IMG/VR virus record: IMGVR_UViG_3300034159_000041
Location: 2,614 to 66,613 of that record
Origin: a virus
DNA length: 64,000 bases
Strand: one strand, 5' to 3'
Both the position numbers and the translations under genes were made by a program. The notes below the pieces were generated by a model. The model did not search any database and was not told the origin of the DNA. It saw nothing but the letters and a program-made list of their open reading frames with translations. Of the stretch, positions 9,797-19,874 are shown piece after piece. Every line of letters starts with the position of its first letter. The stretch's first letter is position 1.

Positions 9797-10221
9797 GCAC
9801 TCGGGGTGATCAGCATCGTCAGGCTGGCCGTCCCGGTCCCGGTCGATCCCCCACCGACCGTGAGGGTCACCACGTCATTGACCGCAACGACATTCGCTGC
9901 ACTCGGGGTGCAACTGTCCACGTCGCCGGCCGCTGAGCTTGCATTGGTGATGGTCAGTACGCCACCCGTGACCGGGGTCGCCCCAATCGCCGCGGTAATG
10001 GTCGCATCAGCCGTTGCCAGGGCCGCGTTGAGCACCGAATTGATGGTCGCGATCGCACCAGCCACCGGAGACACCCAGCGAATGACGCCGTTGTCTGCCG
10101 CCTTGGTACTGACCGCCCCGAGCGAGACGACCATCGCGGTCTCGTCCTTGCGCGCAAAATCCGCGATGTCGGAAATGGTTGAAGACGGCTGGGTGCCGGT
10201 GTGCTGCGAGCGGTCAATCAT
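9793..10221 (-). CDS. Virion decoration-like beta protein
   Basis: T/A/V-rich 142 aa downstream of capsid genes. Confidence 0.55.
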   Translation of the reverse strand: MIDRSQHTGTQPSSTISDIADFARKDETAMVVSLGAVSTKAADNGVIRWVSPVAGAIATINSVLNAALATADATITAAIGATPVTGGVLTITNASSAAGDVDSCTPSAANVVAVNDVVTLTVGGGSTGTGTASLTMLITPSA

Positions 10222-10643
10222 TACATGCCTCCAAACATATCAATCATATCGCGCACCCGATCGCGCAACGTGTCGCGCGAGTCGGTCATCGCGAGCTTTT
10301 CGCCGAACCGATCGGCCGCGTACTTGACGAGTCCCGCCTTGTCCAGCCGCTCGATCTGCGCCAGCACGTCAAGGCGTTCTCGGGTCAGCCTAGCCTGCTT
10401 GTCGCGGGCCTCCTTGGCCGCTGTCAAGACATCGACGGTATCATCGGTTGCGGCCGGGAACACCCCATGCGCCTGCTCGAACAGGTCGCCGTGACGCAGC
10501 AACGACTTCGCCAATCGTTCAGGGACCGCGCGCACCTGACCGGATTCAAAGTCGATCCCGCTGCCATGCAGCGAGGACTTATCTTTCCAGTGAGGCGCGC
10601 GCCCGATGTAGCGCACGCGCACGCTCGGTTCAGTGGGGCGCAC
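10221..10643 (-). CDS. Hypothetical head-associated protein
   Basis: GTG just after upstream TAA; VRYIG motif. Confidence 0.6.
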   Translation of the reverse strand: MRPTEPSVRVRYIGRAPHWKDKSSLHGSGIDFESGQVRAVPERLAKSLLRHGDLFEQAHGVFPAATDDTVDVLTAAKEARDKQARLTRERLDVLAQIERLDKAGLVKYAADRFGEKLAMTDSRDTLRDRVRDMIDMFGGM

Positions 10644-10644
10644 G

Positions 10645-11133
10645 TTAGTTTGTCCCGCCCTGCTCGCCGTAAACCACAAAGTCCGTGATCGACGCGGCAT
10701 TCGTTGCCGCGCCGGCCGTGGTCAGGGTCAGCCAGGCGTCTTTCGGGAGCTTCACCGGCGCGGTCGTTGCGGTCTTGCGCACGATGGCGACGGACGCCAG
10801 CGACTGCCCCGCGGCGACGAAATAGTCATCGTCCTGCGGTACGGCCGTCGAATCCTCGCCGTCCGCGTAGGCAAACCCGATCTTGCCGGTCACGCTCCCG
10901 GTCCAGGCATCGGAGATGATGACCAGCAGATCAAACAGCGTGACCCCACCGGGGATGAGCCCGATCCGCACGGTATCGCCGACCGCGACCACGGCCGTGG
11001 AATCGGACTCAGCGACGGCGCCCGTGCTCAATGTGGTGAGTTTGTAATGGAACGCGGACAGGTTCCCGAATCCGAGAATGGTATCCCCGAACTTGCGCGT
11101 GCCAAATTGGTTCTTGGTAATGGTAGCAGCCAT
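10645..11133 (-). CDS. Capsid decoration/cement protein
   Basis: Follows MCP; AGGAG RBS; beta-rich. Confidence 0.65.
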   Translation of the reverse strand: MAATITKNQFGTRKFGDTILGFGNLSAFHYKLTTLSTGAVAESDSTAVVAVGDTVRIGLIPGGVTLFDLLVIISDAWTGSVTGKIGFAYADGEDSTAVPQDDDYFVAAGQSLASVAIVRKTATTAPVKLPKDAWLTLTTAGAATNAASITDFVVYGEQGGTN

Positions 11134-11144
11134 TTCGTGCTCCT

Positions 11145-12425
11145 TTAGTTACGGGCGCCAGTGATCGGCACGACGGAATCGATCGCGATGATGCCGTGGT
11201 CGGTCCAGTGCTCACCGGCCCCGGTGTTGATCTTCCAGCGGACTTTCCGCAGCGCGCGAACAGCGCCGATCATCAACTCCTTTTTGTCCTTAAAATCGTA
11301 TTCCTCGGTTCCCCAGAAGATCGGGCCGTTGTAATCCGGGTGCCGCGCCATGGCCTCGGCGACGCCCTGGCCGCCAAGGATCAGACTGCGCTCGACGGCA
11401 TAGGTCGTGCCGAAGGAAGCCGGGACCAACACAGACGACTCGGTTTCACTGGTCAGCGAGGCGCAATACTTGATCTCATCCCCCGCATAGAAGCGGATCG
11501 CCTTGGGGGTTTTCATTATCAAAAAACCATTCCAGAGCGCCACTTCTCCTAAGAACAGCGGGTGCTCCTTGGCCGTCCTGGCGCGGGACATGGCGGCGGC
11601 TTGATAGCTGCGGTAGGCTGAGTCGGCCGCGAACTTGTTGTAGACGCTCGGACCCATGAGCATCAGGCGCAGCGGCTCATCCTTGGCGGCCACGTCGCCC
11701 TCAATGACGACGGGCGGCGGCGGCAAACTCATGTTGTCCATGACGTTGCGGATCGCATCCATGACGCCGATGTCCATCACGGAGCCGGTCGTGGTCGTCA
11801 AGTCGCCGCCGTTGGCGGTCACCCCAATGATCGCATCGCCGTCCACCACGAAATGCCGATTCTTGGTCGGTGCCGTGACGGGGTTGACCATGATCGACGC
11901 GAAATCTGGATGGGAAGCCAGCGGAACGCCCCACTCCAACGTATTATGAAAACCGCGGGCGCCGGCCATGTGGACCAGCGTCGAGTCATCGACGTAGCGA
12001 TTCATGAGTTCCAGCGCGGCCGGGCGAGCGAACCGCACCAGATCGACCGGGGAGCGGATGCGCGACATGGCGTCCCCGGTATCAATCGGAAACCGCGCCT
12101 GGTTGACGCGCATCCGCTCTTTGATGATGTGCAGCGAACTGCCGCGGCCCTGGGCGATGTTGCTGCCCATGATCGGGTACGCGCCGATCGGCTGCAAGAA
12201 GTTGAACTCAACCTCGTCGCCGATGCCCTTGCCCAAGTCGATGGTCTGGACGATGGGCATACTGGCAGAGGTCTGCATCCGTTCGCCGCTGACCGCTTCG
12301 GACTCCTTCGGCATCTTGCCGCGCAGTTTGCTCATTTTGCCATCGCGGCGCATGTGCTGAATGAACAGGCCCGCGGCCTGCTCGATCAGATTGGCATCGG
12401 CCCCATAGCCTACGCTTGTAGTCAC
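11145..12425 (-). CDS. Major capsid protein (N4-gp56/DUF4043-like)
   Basis: DLGKGIGDEVEFN, HMAGARG, PTKNRH, HPLFLGE, DHGIIAID motifs; position after scaffold. Confidence 0.85.
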   Translation of the reverse strand: MTTSVGYGADANLIEQAAGLFIQHMRRDGKMSKLRGKMPKESEAVSGERMQTSASMPIVQTIDLGKGIGDEVEFNFLQPIGAYPIMGSNIAQGRGSSLHIIKERMRVNQARFPIDTGDAMSRIRSPVDLVRFARPAALELMNRYVDDSTLVHMAGARGFHNTLEWGVPLASHPDFASIMVNPVTAPTKNRHFVVDGDAIIGVTANGGDLTTTTGSVMDIGVMDAIRNVMDNMSLPPPPVVIEGDVAAKDEPLRLMLMGPSVYNKFAADSAYRSYQAAAMSRARTAKEHPLFLGEVALWNGFLIMKTPKAIRFYAGDEIKYCASLTSETESSVLVPASFGTTYAVERSLILGGQGVAEAMARHPDYNGPIFWGTEEYDFKDKKELMIGAVRALRKVRWKINTGAGEHWTDHGIIAIDSVVPITGARN

Positions 12426-12440
12426 TGGATTTTGCTCCTG

Positions 12441-13250
12441 TTAAAGTCTGCGGGTCATCCAGCGGTCAAGCTGGTCATCGGTTAGGGCATCGAGGGACCT
12501 GATTTGGTCCATGCCGGTTTTCGCCGAGATCGCGGCGAAGGGATCGGTTGCCGGGGCCTGACCGCCGGGGATGTCGGTCAAGCTGTAAACTGGGGGAGGC
12601 GGGGCGGCCGATGCGGTCGGGCGCTTGGATGCGGCGGCGGGAGGGGCGCCGAACTCGCTCATCACGCGCGCCTTCGCCGCTGCCAGCATGGCGTTGAAGT
12701 CGGTAGGGTCGGCGCCGGGTTCGTTGGCAACCACGCCAATGGCTGCGTTCATCGCGGCGAAAAGGACGGGCGATGACCCGAGCTTGTCGTTTCCAGGCTC
12801 GGCCCAAAAGCGTTGCTGGGCCGCTGACCACGACTGCGCGGCCTGCTGCTGCCTGACGTTGGCCTCATGATCCGCGATGGCCTTGGAAATCTCGATGGTG
12901 CGCTGCTCGGCATCCAGCGGGGCACGCGCCTCCTCGTACTCGCCAAAGGTCATCTCGCCCGCGTCAATGCGCTCCAGCAGGGCCGCGCGTTCGGTCGCAA
13001 TCGCTGCCAGCCGTTCGGTTGCGGCGTCGGGCTGGGGCGGGACGTAGGGCGCGGGCTCAGGCTCCGGGGTCGGTTGCGGCTCGGGCTCGGGGGCTGGCTC
13101 AGGCGGCGGGTCGGTCACCGGCTGGTCATCGCCTGGCGCATTCGGATCGGCCGCTTGAGCCGCCCGGTACTCGTCGGGAGATTGCCCGGCACTGGCCGCC
13201 GACAGCAGTTGCGACGGCGACAAGGGATCGGTGGGGGGGACGGTATCCAT
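12441..13250 (-). CDS. Scaffolding protein
   Basis: PE-rich N-terminus and helical core, between portal and MCP. Confidence 0.7.
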   Translation of the reverse strand: MDTVPPTDPLSPSQLLSAASAGQSPDEYRAAQAADPNAPGDDQPVTDPPPEPAPEPEPQPTPEPEPAPYVPPQPDAATERLAAIATERAALLERIDAGEMTFGEYEEARAPLDAEQRTIEISKAIADHEANVRQQQAAQSWSAAQQRFWAEPGNDKLGSSPVLFAAMNAAIGVVANEPGADPTDFNAMLAAAKARVMSEFGAPPAAASKRPTASAAPPPPVYSLTDIPGGQAPATDPFAAISAKTGMDQIRSLDALTDDQLDRWMTRRL

Positions 13251-13264
13251 GGGTTTCTCGCTTG

Positions 13265-15502
13265 TCAGGCCAGGTTATCGGAAGTCTCAGGCGTTTCGAT
13301 CCCGCGCATCGGCGAGTTTCCGTCGCTCGGGATCGGGGGAAACGCGGGGCTCGTGTTCTGCTGCACTTGGGGCGGTGGCAGTTGTGGAAGCTGCCCAGCA
13401 ACCACCGCGGCAGGCGTAACGGCTTGTTGCGGCTGCGGGTAGTTGGGATCGACGCCGGCCGGGTCCGGCTCTTGGTAGCCCGCGGACTGCATCACGATAT
13501 CGGCAATCGGGGCCACGGTCGGCATCTGAACGATCTGCGCGCCGGCCTGCATCGCGGAGTAGGCGGCCTGGACCCCGACCTGGACGGCGCGGGCCAGTAT
13601 CTCCTTGACCTCGGCTTCGTTCTTGACGGCTTTCAGTTCCAGTTCGCGCGCCTTGAGTTCGTTCGCAACCTCCTCGCGCACCTTCTTCTCGATCACCTTC
13701 GGATCGTCCGCTTCGCCGGCCGCACGTAGGGCTTCCACCAGGTCACGCTTGAAGGGGACATCCATTAGGCTCGCCAAGAACGGCATGGCGGCGGCCTGGT
13801 ATTGGCTTGGCAGCGACTTGATGGCCTCGCTCATCGCGCCCAACTGCTGCGCCCGGTAGCTGTTGGTGCTGGGCACGTCTTCCAGGGAGACCTTGAGACG
13901 CACGCGCTGTAGGTCATTGCTCAGGATCGGGAAACCTTCATCATCCAGTTCCGGCTTGTTGAGGGTGATCGTCCGGTCCTCGGTAATGGCGTCGCCCTCA
14001 ACGATGATCTCGGTTTCCGCATTGCCGATGTCCTCCACGATCATGGCCAACAGCAACTCACCGATCTGCGACCGGGCCGCGTTGCGGTTGTCCATGATGC
14101 GGGCGACGGACTGGTTGTCCTGGTCAACCTGGATGGACTCCTGTAGCCCCGACTTCGCCCCGCCAGACTGCGCCCGCAATCGCGCAGAGGTTGCCGGGGA
14201 CACGCGGGCGATGGATTCGCGGTTGTCCCTGAGCATCTGGTGTTGCTGGTCGGTGAGTTGGAAGTCGCGCATGACCTCAAACCGCGCGCCTGGTCTGGCC
14301 ATGTGCTCGGCGTTCAACTCGACCGCCGAGTCGCGCCGGGCCACCATTTTCAGCAGGTCGGGGGTCGCCATGTCCGTCGCGCCCTTGGTGAACTCCACCC
14401 GCACCACGGCCATGCCCCAGCGCAGTTTCGACGTACCGCTGTTCAACGAGTCCTGCGGGTAGATCATGCGCCGCACGTAGCCGTAGTGGATTCCGGTATC
14501 GTCCTCTATGAAGCCCCAGAACGGGATGTAGGGGAAAAACTGATGGGTATAGGGGGACGGGCCATCGTCCAGCCGATAGGGGCCAATCCAAAAGGCGCGA
14601 CGCACGCGCGGGGCCACGGCCTGCACCACCTTCGCCTTGCCGGTTCGCACCGCGAGCGCATGGACCTCGTTGTGCTGGTCCATCTCAATAGCGCGTCCGT
14701 CCTTGAGCTTGAGGACCGGAATGGAGACCCAGCGCCGATACCACATTTCAGCGACGCAGGTTTCCTTGGTCGTCGGGTTGAACCACCGATCTTCAGCTTG
14801 CGTCCATGACCGCGCCACGCCCCAGGCGTTTTGCAGCCCGGTACTCGCGCCACCATCGAACACCATTGATGATCCGTTCCACCAGGAGGGGCCATAGCGC
14901 CCAAGGGTGTCGAGAAGCTCCGCGTGCTGGGGGAATTGCAGCTTCAAGCGCTCCGGGCGAACCCACAGCTCGCGTTTGAGCCAGCGGGCATTGCTGAGCG
15001 TCGCGTCGCGCCGACAGCGCATGTCGAATCTGATTTCGTTGCGATGGACCGCGCTACAACGGTACGGGAAACAGAACGGATTGCTCTCACGCGCCACTTC
15101 GACCCAGCCTAGACCGCAGCCGATTTGTGGGCGGAAGGCGTCCGAGCAAGCGCGGTCGGCGCCTGAGTGGCGCTCGGCTTGGTTAAGCCGGTAATTCAAG
15201 GCGTCCGCTACGTCCTGGCCGCCGACCTGACCATCCGCCGTCACCCGCCAGTCAGTTCTTGTTGCAACCTCGTAGCCCTGAAGATCCTCAAGCGCCGGCC
15301 CGATCATGTCATCGATCGCAGGAGGAACGCCAAGGTCTTTCTGCATCTGCATCAGCTTCGAGTCAAGTTGATTGCCGTCCGCGTAGGCCATTTCTTTATC
15401 GGCGGTCGCGCGCCAAGCCGGTTGCTGGTCGATCTCGGCGGCGATGTCCTTCATCTCCTCCGTCGTGAGGGCCAGCGGGTCCAGGCGGGCGTCGTCGTTC
15501 AT
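13265..15502 (-). CDS. Portal protein (P22-like)
   Basis: YADGNQ, GLGWVEV, FPYIPFWG, YGYVRRMIYPQD; follows TerL. Confidence 0.88.
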   Translation of the reverse strand: MNDDARLDPLALTTEEMKDIAAEIDQQPAWRATADKEMAYADGNQLDSKLMQMQKDLGVPPAIDDMIGPALEDLQGYEVATRTDWRVTADGQVGGQDVADALNYRLNQAERHSGADRACSDAFRPQIGCGLGWVEVARESNPFCFPYRCSAVHRNEIRFDMRCRRDATLSNARWLKRELWVRPERLKLQFPQHAELLDTLGRYGPSWWNGSSMVFDGGASTGLQNAWGVARSWTQAEDRWFNPTTKETCVAEMWYRRWVSIPVLKLKDGRAIEMDQHNEVHALAVRTGKAKVVQAVAPRVRRAFWIGPYRLDDGPSPYTHQFFPYIPFWGFIEDDTGIHYGYVRRMIYPQDSLNSGTSKLRWGMAVVRVEFTKGATDMATPDLLKMVARRDSAVELNAEHMARPGARFEVMRDFQLTDQQHQMLRDNRESIARVSPATSARLRAQSGGAKSGLQESIQVDQDNQSVARIMDNRNAARSQIGELLLAMIVEDIGNAETEIIVEGDAITEDRTITLNKPELDDEGFPILSNDLQRVRLKVSLEDVPSTNSYRAQQLGAMSEAIKSLPSQYQAAAMPFLASLMDVPFKRDLVEALRAAGEADDPKVIEKKVREEVANELKARELELKAVKNEAEVKEILARAVQVGVQAAYSAMQAGAQIVQMPTVAPIADIVMQSAGYQEPDPAGVDPNYPQPQQAVTPAAVVAGQLPQLPPPQVQQNTSPAFPPIPSDGNSPMRGIETPETSDNLA

Positions 15503-15509
15503 GCCGCGG

Positions 15510-16967
15510 TCACAGGCGCCAGTCCGATGCGGGGAGTTCGGTATAGGTCGGGAGGGTGCCGACGATCTGATCAAAACTTACTGCAAGCGCGTCTCCGCTG
15601 TCCGGCGAGGCCAGCCCGCGCTTCTTCATGTCTTCCTTTTTCTCAAGCTGAATCCGCATCTTAGCATCGAATCCATACTCCGGGCCGATTAGGTCGTCTC
15701 TTAGTTCCGGGTCGTCCGGGAGCGATGCACCATCCATCAGCCAGTCGCGCATCAAGCCCCAAAGCTCAGCGCGGCGGTTGTAGTATTTGTCCTCGGCGAT
15801 GGCCTTCTCGCCGGCCTGGACCGCGACCACCTGGTGGTTGAGTTGCCGCAGCCGATCGACCACGCCCCAGCCCATGCCGGTAGCATCCACGAAAACGGCG
15901 GCCGGGTGATTGGCCTGGATGGACGCCGCGACATGGGCCGCGAATTGCATCGTGTCGGGGATGCTAAAGCGGGTAATCGAAACCACCGCGCGCCCACGAC
16001 GCAGCAGAATCACGGACTTGTCACCGCCGTGTCGGGCCACGTCGACACCCATCACCAGGGGGGCCAGCGCGAGCACGTCGGGGTCGATCGTGCGGGCCTG
16101 GGCAAGCTCGACGGCTTCCGACGAAATGAACTGATTCGACCCAGCGCGCGGGAAGACCCCACGAACGCGAACGCGCACAAAGTCGCTGTCCTCGCCGTAG
16201 TCCTTGATCCACTGCTCTATCTCGGCTTTGTTCGTGATCCGGCACGAGCGGCTATCGACCTGGCGGGTTTGCCAGCGGTTGCGGAATTTGCCGAAGCACT
16301 CGCGAAACTTGCCGGTGTTGCGTGTCGGATTGCCGAAGACAATCCACATCGCCCCGGCCGTCGTCATCGCCCCTTCGGAAACGTCCCAGATCACATCTGC
16401 GACCGCGGACGCCTCGTCGTAGATCACCAGCACGTCGTCGGCATGGAGCCCGGCGAAAGCCTCGCTGTTCTCCTTGGTCCATGGCGTCGCGTTGACCGAC
16501 CATGTTTCAGGTGACTCGACACAGGCAAAGCGGGTCGCCGTCCAGTCGAACCAGTGGCCGTTGATGGCGAGGGCCTTCCATATAGATAGCTCGCGCCAGG
16601 TCTTCGTTGAAAGCTGGCTCGCGGTGTTGGCCGTGGTCACGCCTGCGAGGTTCGGGCGGGTAGACATGGCCCAGTGGATAATCCACGCAACGAGTGCGCT
16701 TTTGCCGATCCCGTGACCGGAGGCCGTCGCCGACCGATAGGCGGTCTCGCACCCGGACTTGACCCACGCGCCCAGGGCGCGCAGTTCATCGCGCTGCCAG
16801 TCCTCGGGTCCGTCCGGGAAGCGCTCCAGACGCGTGCCCTTCGCGCCCCATGGAAAGGCGTAGAGCACGTAGCCCAGCGGATCATCATAAAAGGATGCGA
16901 TGTCCTCGCGCAGCATCGCCTCGGCTTTCACATCTGACCGGGCGAAGGCGTGAGCGCGACGGGCCAT
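15510..16967 (-). CDS. terL: Terminase large subunit
   Basis: Walker A SGHGIGKS, Walker B VIYDEAS, GNPTR, nuclease GVDVAR, SPDSGDAL. Confidence 0.95.
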   Translation of the reverse strand: MARRAHAFARSDVKAEAMLREDIASFYDDPLGYVLYAFPWGAKGTRLERFPDGPEDWQRDELRALGAWVKSGCETAYRSATASGHGIGKSALVAWIIHWAMSTRPNLAGVTTANTASQLSTKTWRELSIWKALAINGHWFDWTATRFACVESPETWSVNATPWTKENSEAFAGLHADDVLVIYDEASAVADVIWDVSEGAMTTAGAMWIVFGNPTRNTGKFRECFGKFRNRWQTRQVDSRSCRITNKAEIEQWIKDYGEDSDFVRVRVRGVFPRAGSNQFISSEAVELAQARTIDPDVLALAPLVMGVDVARHGGDKSVILLRRGRAVVSITRFSIPDTMQFAAHVAASIQANHPAAVFVDATGMGWGVVDRLRQLNHQVVAVQAGEKAIAEDKYYNRRAELWGLMRDWLMDGASLPDDPELRDDLIGPEYGFDAKMRIQLEKKEDMKKRGLASPDSGDALAVSFDQIVGTLPTYTELPASDWRL

Positions 16968-17377
16968 TAGTCACCATCCTTCCCTATTCTTGCACGCGCC
17001 GCCAGGATCGACTCAGCCAGGCCACCAAGCAGCGGGGCGTCAGCGTCACCGGAGAGGATTTGGCGGTCCCCGTAGCGCTTGGGGGCGAGCTTAGACGCGC
17101 GCCATTGCCTGGCCCAGATTTGCATCTTCACAAGCTGCCAGTCTTCCACTGTTGCGTCATCAGCCATATCAACGGTCTCATCGACCATCGCATCCTGCTG
17201 CAAGTCCCGCGCGTGCGCGATAGCATTCCTGAAGTCTTCATTCTTCGCCATCTCCAGGTACACAACGCTAACTGACGGCATGTCATCCGGAGCGCAAACC
17301 TTTCTGATGGACAGCCCGGAGATAAGCCCGTCGGATATCCGATCGACTATTCCGTCATCTGTTGGCTTTGGTCTCAT
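16967..17377 (-). CDS. terS: Terminase small subunit (Sf6-like)
   Basis: G.S.RKVC...MPS..VY...FR....AR and ARQWRASKLAPKRYGD motifs. Confidence 0.85.
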   Translation of the reverse strand: MRPKPTDDGIVDRISDGLISGLSIRKVCAPDDMPSVSVVYLEMAKNEDFRNAIAHARDLQQDAMVDETVDMADDATVEDWQLVKMQIWARQWRASKLAPKRYGDRQILSGDADAPLLGGLAESILAARARIGKDGD

Positions 17378-17382
17378 CTTTG

Positions 17383-17952
17383 TTAGATGCCAGCAAAAGA
17401 ACCAAAAATTTCAGGCTTCTCTACCGCCAAAGACCTTAATCTGCACTTTGTTTCTTCATCTACGATCCCTCTGGCTATCATCTGCTTGAGTCTTCTTGTG
17501 TTCCTAAGCAGTGAGCTACTTTTAAGCTTTTCACAAAGCGCTCGACCGTTTTCTCTTCTTGTTTCGTCGCTACAGAAAGGCTCATCGCCGCCGTCCGCCA
17601 GGTTCAGCAACTTTGCCCCTTCTCCGCGGTACTGAGCGATAACTTGACGCTCCGTGGTCTTCCAGTCCCATGAGACGCACAGCACCTCAACGCACGGCTT
17701 TAACCCTTCCAGCGCGAGCTTTCCCATCCAGTCATACAGCGGTGACTTGCGGGTTCTTGAGTCTCGACCGTGCGACTCCAGGCGTTTTTCTGCGTTGTTC
17801 GCCTTCCCGACGTACCTGATTTCTCCGGTAACTGGATGCTTCAGCGCATAGATTTCTGAGAATCCGCTGGGGCGACCTTCGGCCAGCCGCTCGCAAATCT
17901 CCGCGCACACTTCGGGAGTCTTCTTGCTCGGCCGTCCGGGTTTACCTGCCAT
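17383..17952 (-). CDS. GIY-YIG homing endonuclease with TerS-like N-terminal 26 aa
   Basis: EIYAL.HP...IRYVGKA...RL..H, E in ERQVI, LLNLADGGD. Confidence 0.8.
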   Translation of the reverse strand: MAGKPGRPSKKTPEVCAEICERLAEGRPSGFSEIYALKHPVTGEIRYVGKANNAEKRLESHGRDSRTRKSPLYDWMGKLALEGLKPCVEVLCVSWDWKTTERQVIAQYRGEGAKLLNLADGGDEPFCSDETRRENGRALCEKLKSSSLLRNTRRLKQMIARGIVDEETKCRLRSLAVEKPEIFGSFAGI

Positions 17953-18138
17953 CGCGTCATCTCAAGAATCCGATGTTAAACGCGATTATATCAGGTTTTT
18001 CGATATGTCAATAGGTGGTGTCGATAATTTTGGGATTTCGATCGGATCAAACGATGCTTGGCGGCTTGACGTTTCCGGCAACGCTGCTATGATTAACGGT
18101 AACAGCAGCACAACGACCAAGCCGAACCGGAGAGAGCC

Positions 18139-18369
18139 ATGAGTAAAAGAACCGAATTCCCGAAGTACGTCAACGAAGCCATCTACAAAAACGATGATTC
18201 GGAAGGTTTCAGCCAGTATGCGTATCTGATGCCCGTTGAAGGCGCCGAAGGATGCTATATCGGCGACTGCTGGGAGTGCGACGCTTACGGAAACATCAAC
18301 CCCGAGTTCTCGAATAGCCCCGTACCACATTACGCATCAGACATTGGGACACTCGTCACCGCTGTTTAG
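18139..18369 (+). CDS. Hypothetical protein
   Basis: GGAGAG RBS; first gene of a plus-strand island. Confidence 0.6.
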   Translation: MSKRTEFPKYVNEAIYKNDDSEGFSQYAYLMPVEGAEGCYIGDCWECDAYGNINPEFSNSPVPHYASDIGTLVTAV

Positions 18370-18447
18370 AACTCAGACACCCCACGGACGGGGCGCCTGA
18401 CCATCCAGCCCCCTCCCGCGGGGGCAGCACCCAACCCGGAGACCATC

Positions 18448-18714
18448 ATGAACGCCGTAGCCAAAGAAATATCACGAGAAGTCTATCGCGGGCTGTTCGA
18501 CCCGCTGCGTAAGCAAGGGCAAAAGACCCGGACGATCACCCGCTACGTGGTTGACATGGGGGGGATCAATTCGCGCGAGTACGATTCGATCGATGAGGCA
18601 GAGGAATCTGCCCGCGCGGTGAACGAGAACTGCAAGGCGACCGGATACGCAGATGCGGGGGACTGGTTCCGTGCGATGACGCAAGACCCCATGGCGGGGG
18701 TCGATGATGTCTGA
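18448..18714 (+). CDS. Hypothetical protein
   Basis: GGAG RBS. Confidence 0.6.
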   Translation: MNAVAKEISREVYRGLFDPLRKQGQKTRTITRYVVDMGGINSREYDSIDEAEESARAVNENCKATGYADAGDWFRAMTQDPMAGVDDV

Positions 18715-18946
18715 GGACGACGACCTCATCGCCCGCCATCACTCAGGCGCCGCGCTCACCCCCGATGAGTGGACGCGCGCCACTGCGATCATTACCGCAA
18801 CCGAGCGTGCAAACGCGCAGGCCAAGCGTTTCGCCAAATTCAAGGAGAATCAGAAAGCCTTGGGGCGTATCAGGCGCGATTACTTCGCGACCGTGGATGA
18901 GCACGAGACCTTAACCGCGACACTGCGCGATCTGCGCACCAAGTGA
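18707..18946 (+). CDS. Hypothetical protein
   Basis: Overlaps previous gene; helical. Confidence 0.55.
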   Translation: MSEDDDLIARHHSGAALTPDEWTRATAIITATERANAQAKRFAKFKENQKALGRIRRDYFATVDEHETLTATLRDLRTK

Positions 18947-18954
18947 GATAGAAA

Positions 18955-19176
18955 ATGAAATACACTTTCGAGTCACGCACCGAAGCCCATACGGTATCTG
19001 GTAGCCGCATCCTGATCCCCGATCAAGTTGACGCCGATCAGCGGTATTTCGCCGACTTCGACGCAAGCTTTCCCGCTCGCCGCATTGACGGGACGCGCTG
19101 CCGGGCGCGCCTGGTCCCCGACGCCTATGACCTCTACGGGTCTGGTACGGGGGATACGGTGGTGAGGATCGTCTAA
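18955..19176 (+). CDS. Hypothetical protein
   Basis: Packed ORF, TAATG overlap with next. Confidence 0.5.
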   Translation: MKYTFESRTEAHTVSGSRILIPDQVDADQRYFADFDASFPARRIDGTRCRARLVPDAYDLYGSGTGDTVVRIV

Positions 19177-19406
19177 TGGAAACCTTCGCCGCCGGACTTC
19201 CCGCACCGGAGATCGCAACGATGACTAAGCGATATGAAGTTAGGAAAGTCGCACAGGTCGATAAGTGGCCATGGCATGTTTACGACACCGAAACCGGAGA
19301 GTATTTGCCGATCGGATACCCGACACCGGAGCCGGCTCAGGAAAAGGCGGACTGCTTTAATAGGGGACATGAGCGGTTTGTGGCTCGTTTGAGCGAAAGC
19401 CAATGA
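19176..19406 (+). CDS. Hypothetical protein
   Basis: Coupled ORF (start may be 19221). Confidence 0.5.
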   Translation: METFAAGLPAPEIATMTKRYEVRKVAQVDKWPWHVYDTETGEYLPIGYPTPEPAQEKADCFNRGHERFVARLSESQ

Positions 19407-19864
19407 AAACATTCTCCGGATGGACTGAATCCCGCCTCTGTCTATCGGCCTACCTGGTCCCCGGCGACCGCGTAGACGGGGCGATCCTTGACTACGTGCG
19501 CGACACGGTGCCACCGATCCGCTCGGGTGACTGGCTCGCGCTGGGCGAGCCGTTCAGCCGCGACAGCATGGGTCGCCCGACGTACCTCGCATTTTACGAA
19601 AACTTCTACCGCGGCCCGCTCGCGGTGGAACAAATGACATGGAAACTCGTCCCAGACAAAATGTTTTTGGCAGCGACCGACGCGGCCGAACAACTGCGCG
19701 CCGCATACGACAGCGGGGACCAGGATCGGCTGCGTGAAGCCGATCGCGAATACATCAGGCTCACAGACGAGATGTGGTGGCGCGACTGGTCCGAGGATCA
19801 GCGCAAGGAGTGGTCGGAAATGTGCCGTAGACTGGACCCGCTGGCCGTGGGGGACATGCCATGA
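19403..19864 (+). CDS. Hypothetical protein
   Basis: ATGA overlap; YL.PGD.VD...PP...GEP.S...PTY..F pattern. Confidence 0.6.
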   Translation: MKTFSGWTESRLCLSAYLVPGDRVDGAILDYVRDTVPPIRSGDWLALGEPFSRDSMGRPTYLAFYENFYRGPLAVEQMTWKLVPDKMFLAATDAAEQLRAAYDSGDQDRLREADREYIRLTDEMWWRDWSEDQRKEWSEMCRRLDPLAVGDMP

Positions 19865-19874
19865 CAGGCGCCGC

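Noticed and set aside
9044-10327. Long plus-strand ORFs (427 aa here; also 24898-26352, 29046-30320, 47064-48410)
   Set aside because: Antisense shadows of well-supported minus-strand genes in GC-rich DNA; no recognisable motifs
17315-17874. Group I intron in terS
   Set aside because: Almost all of the interval is coding and no P7-like core was recognised; kept only as a minor alternative
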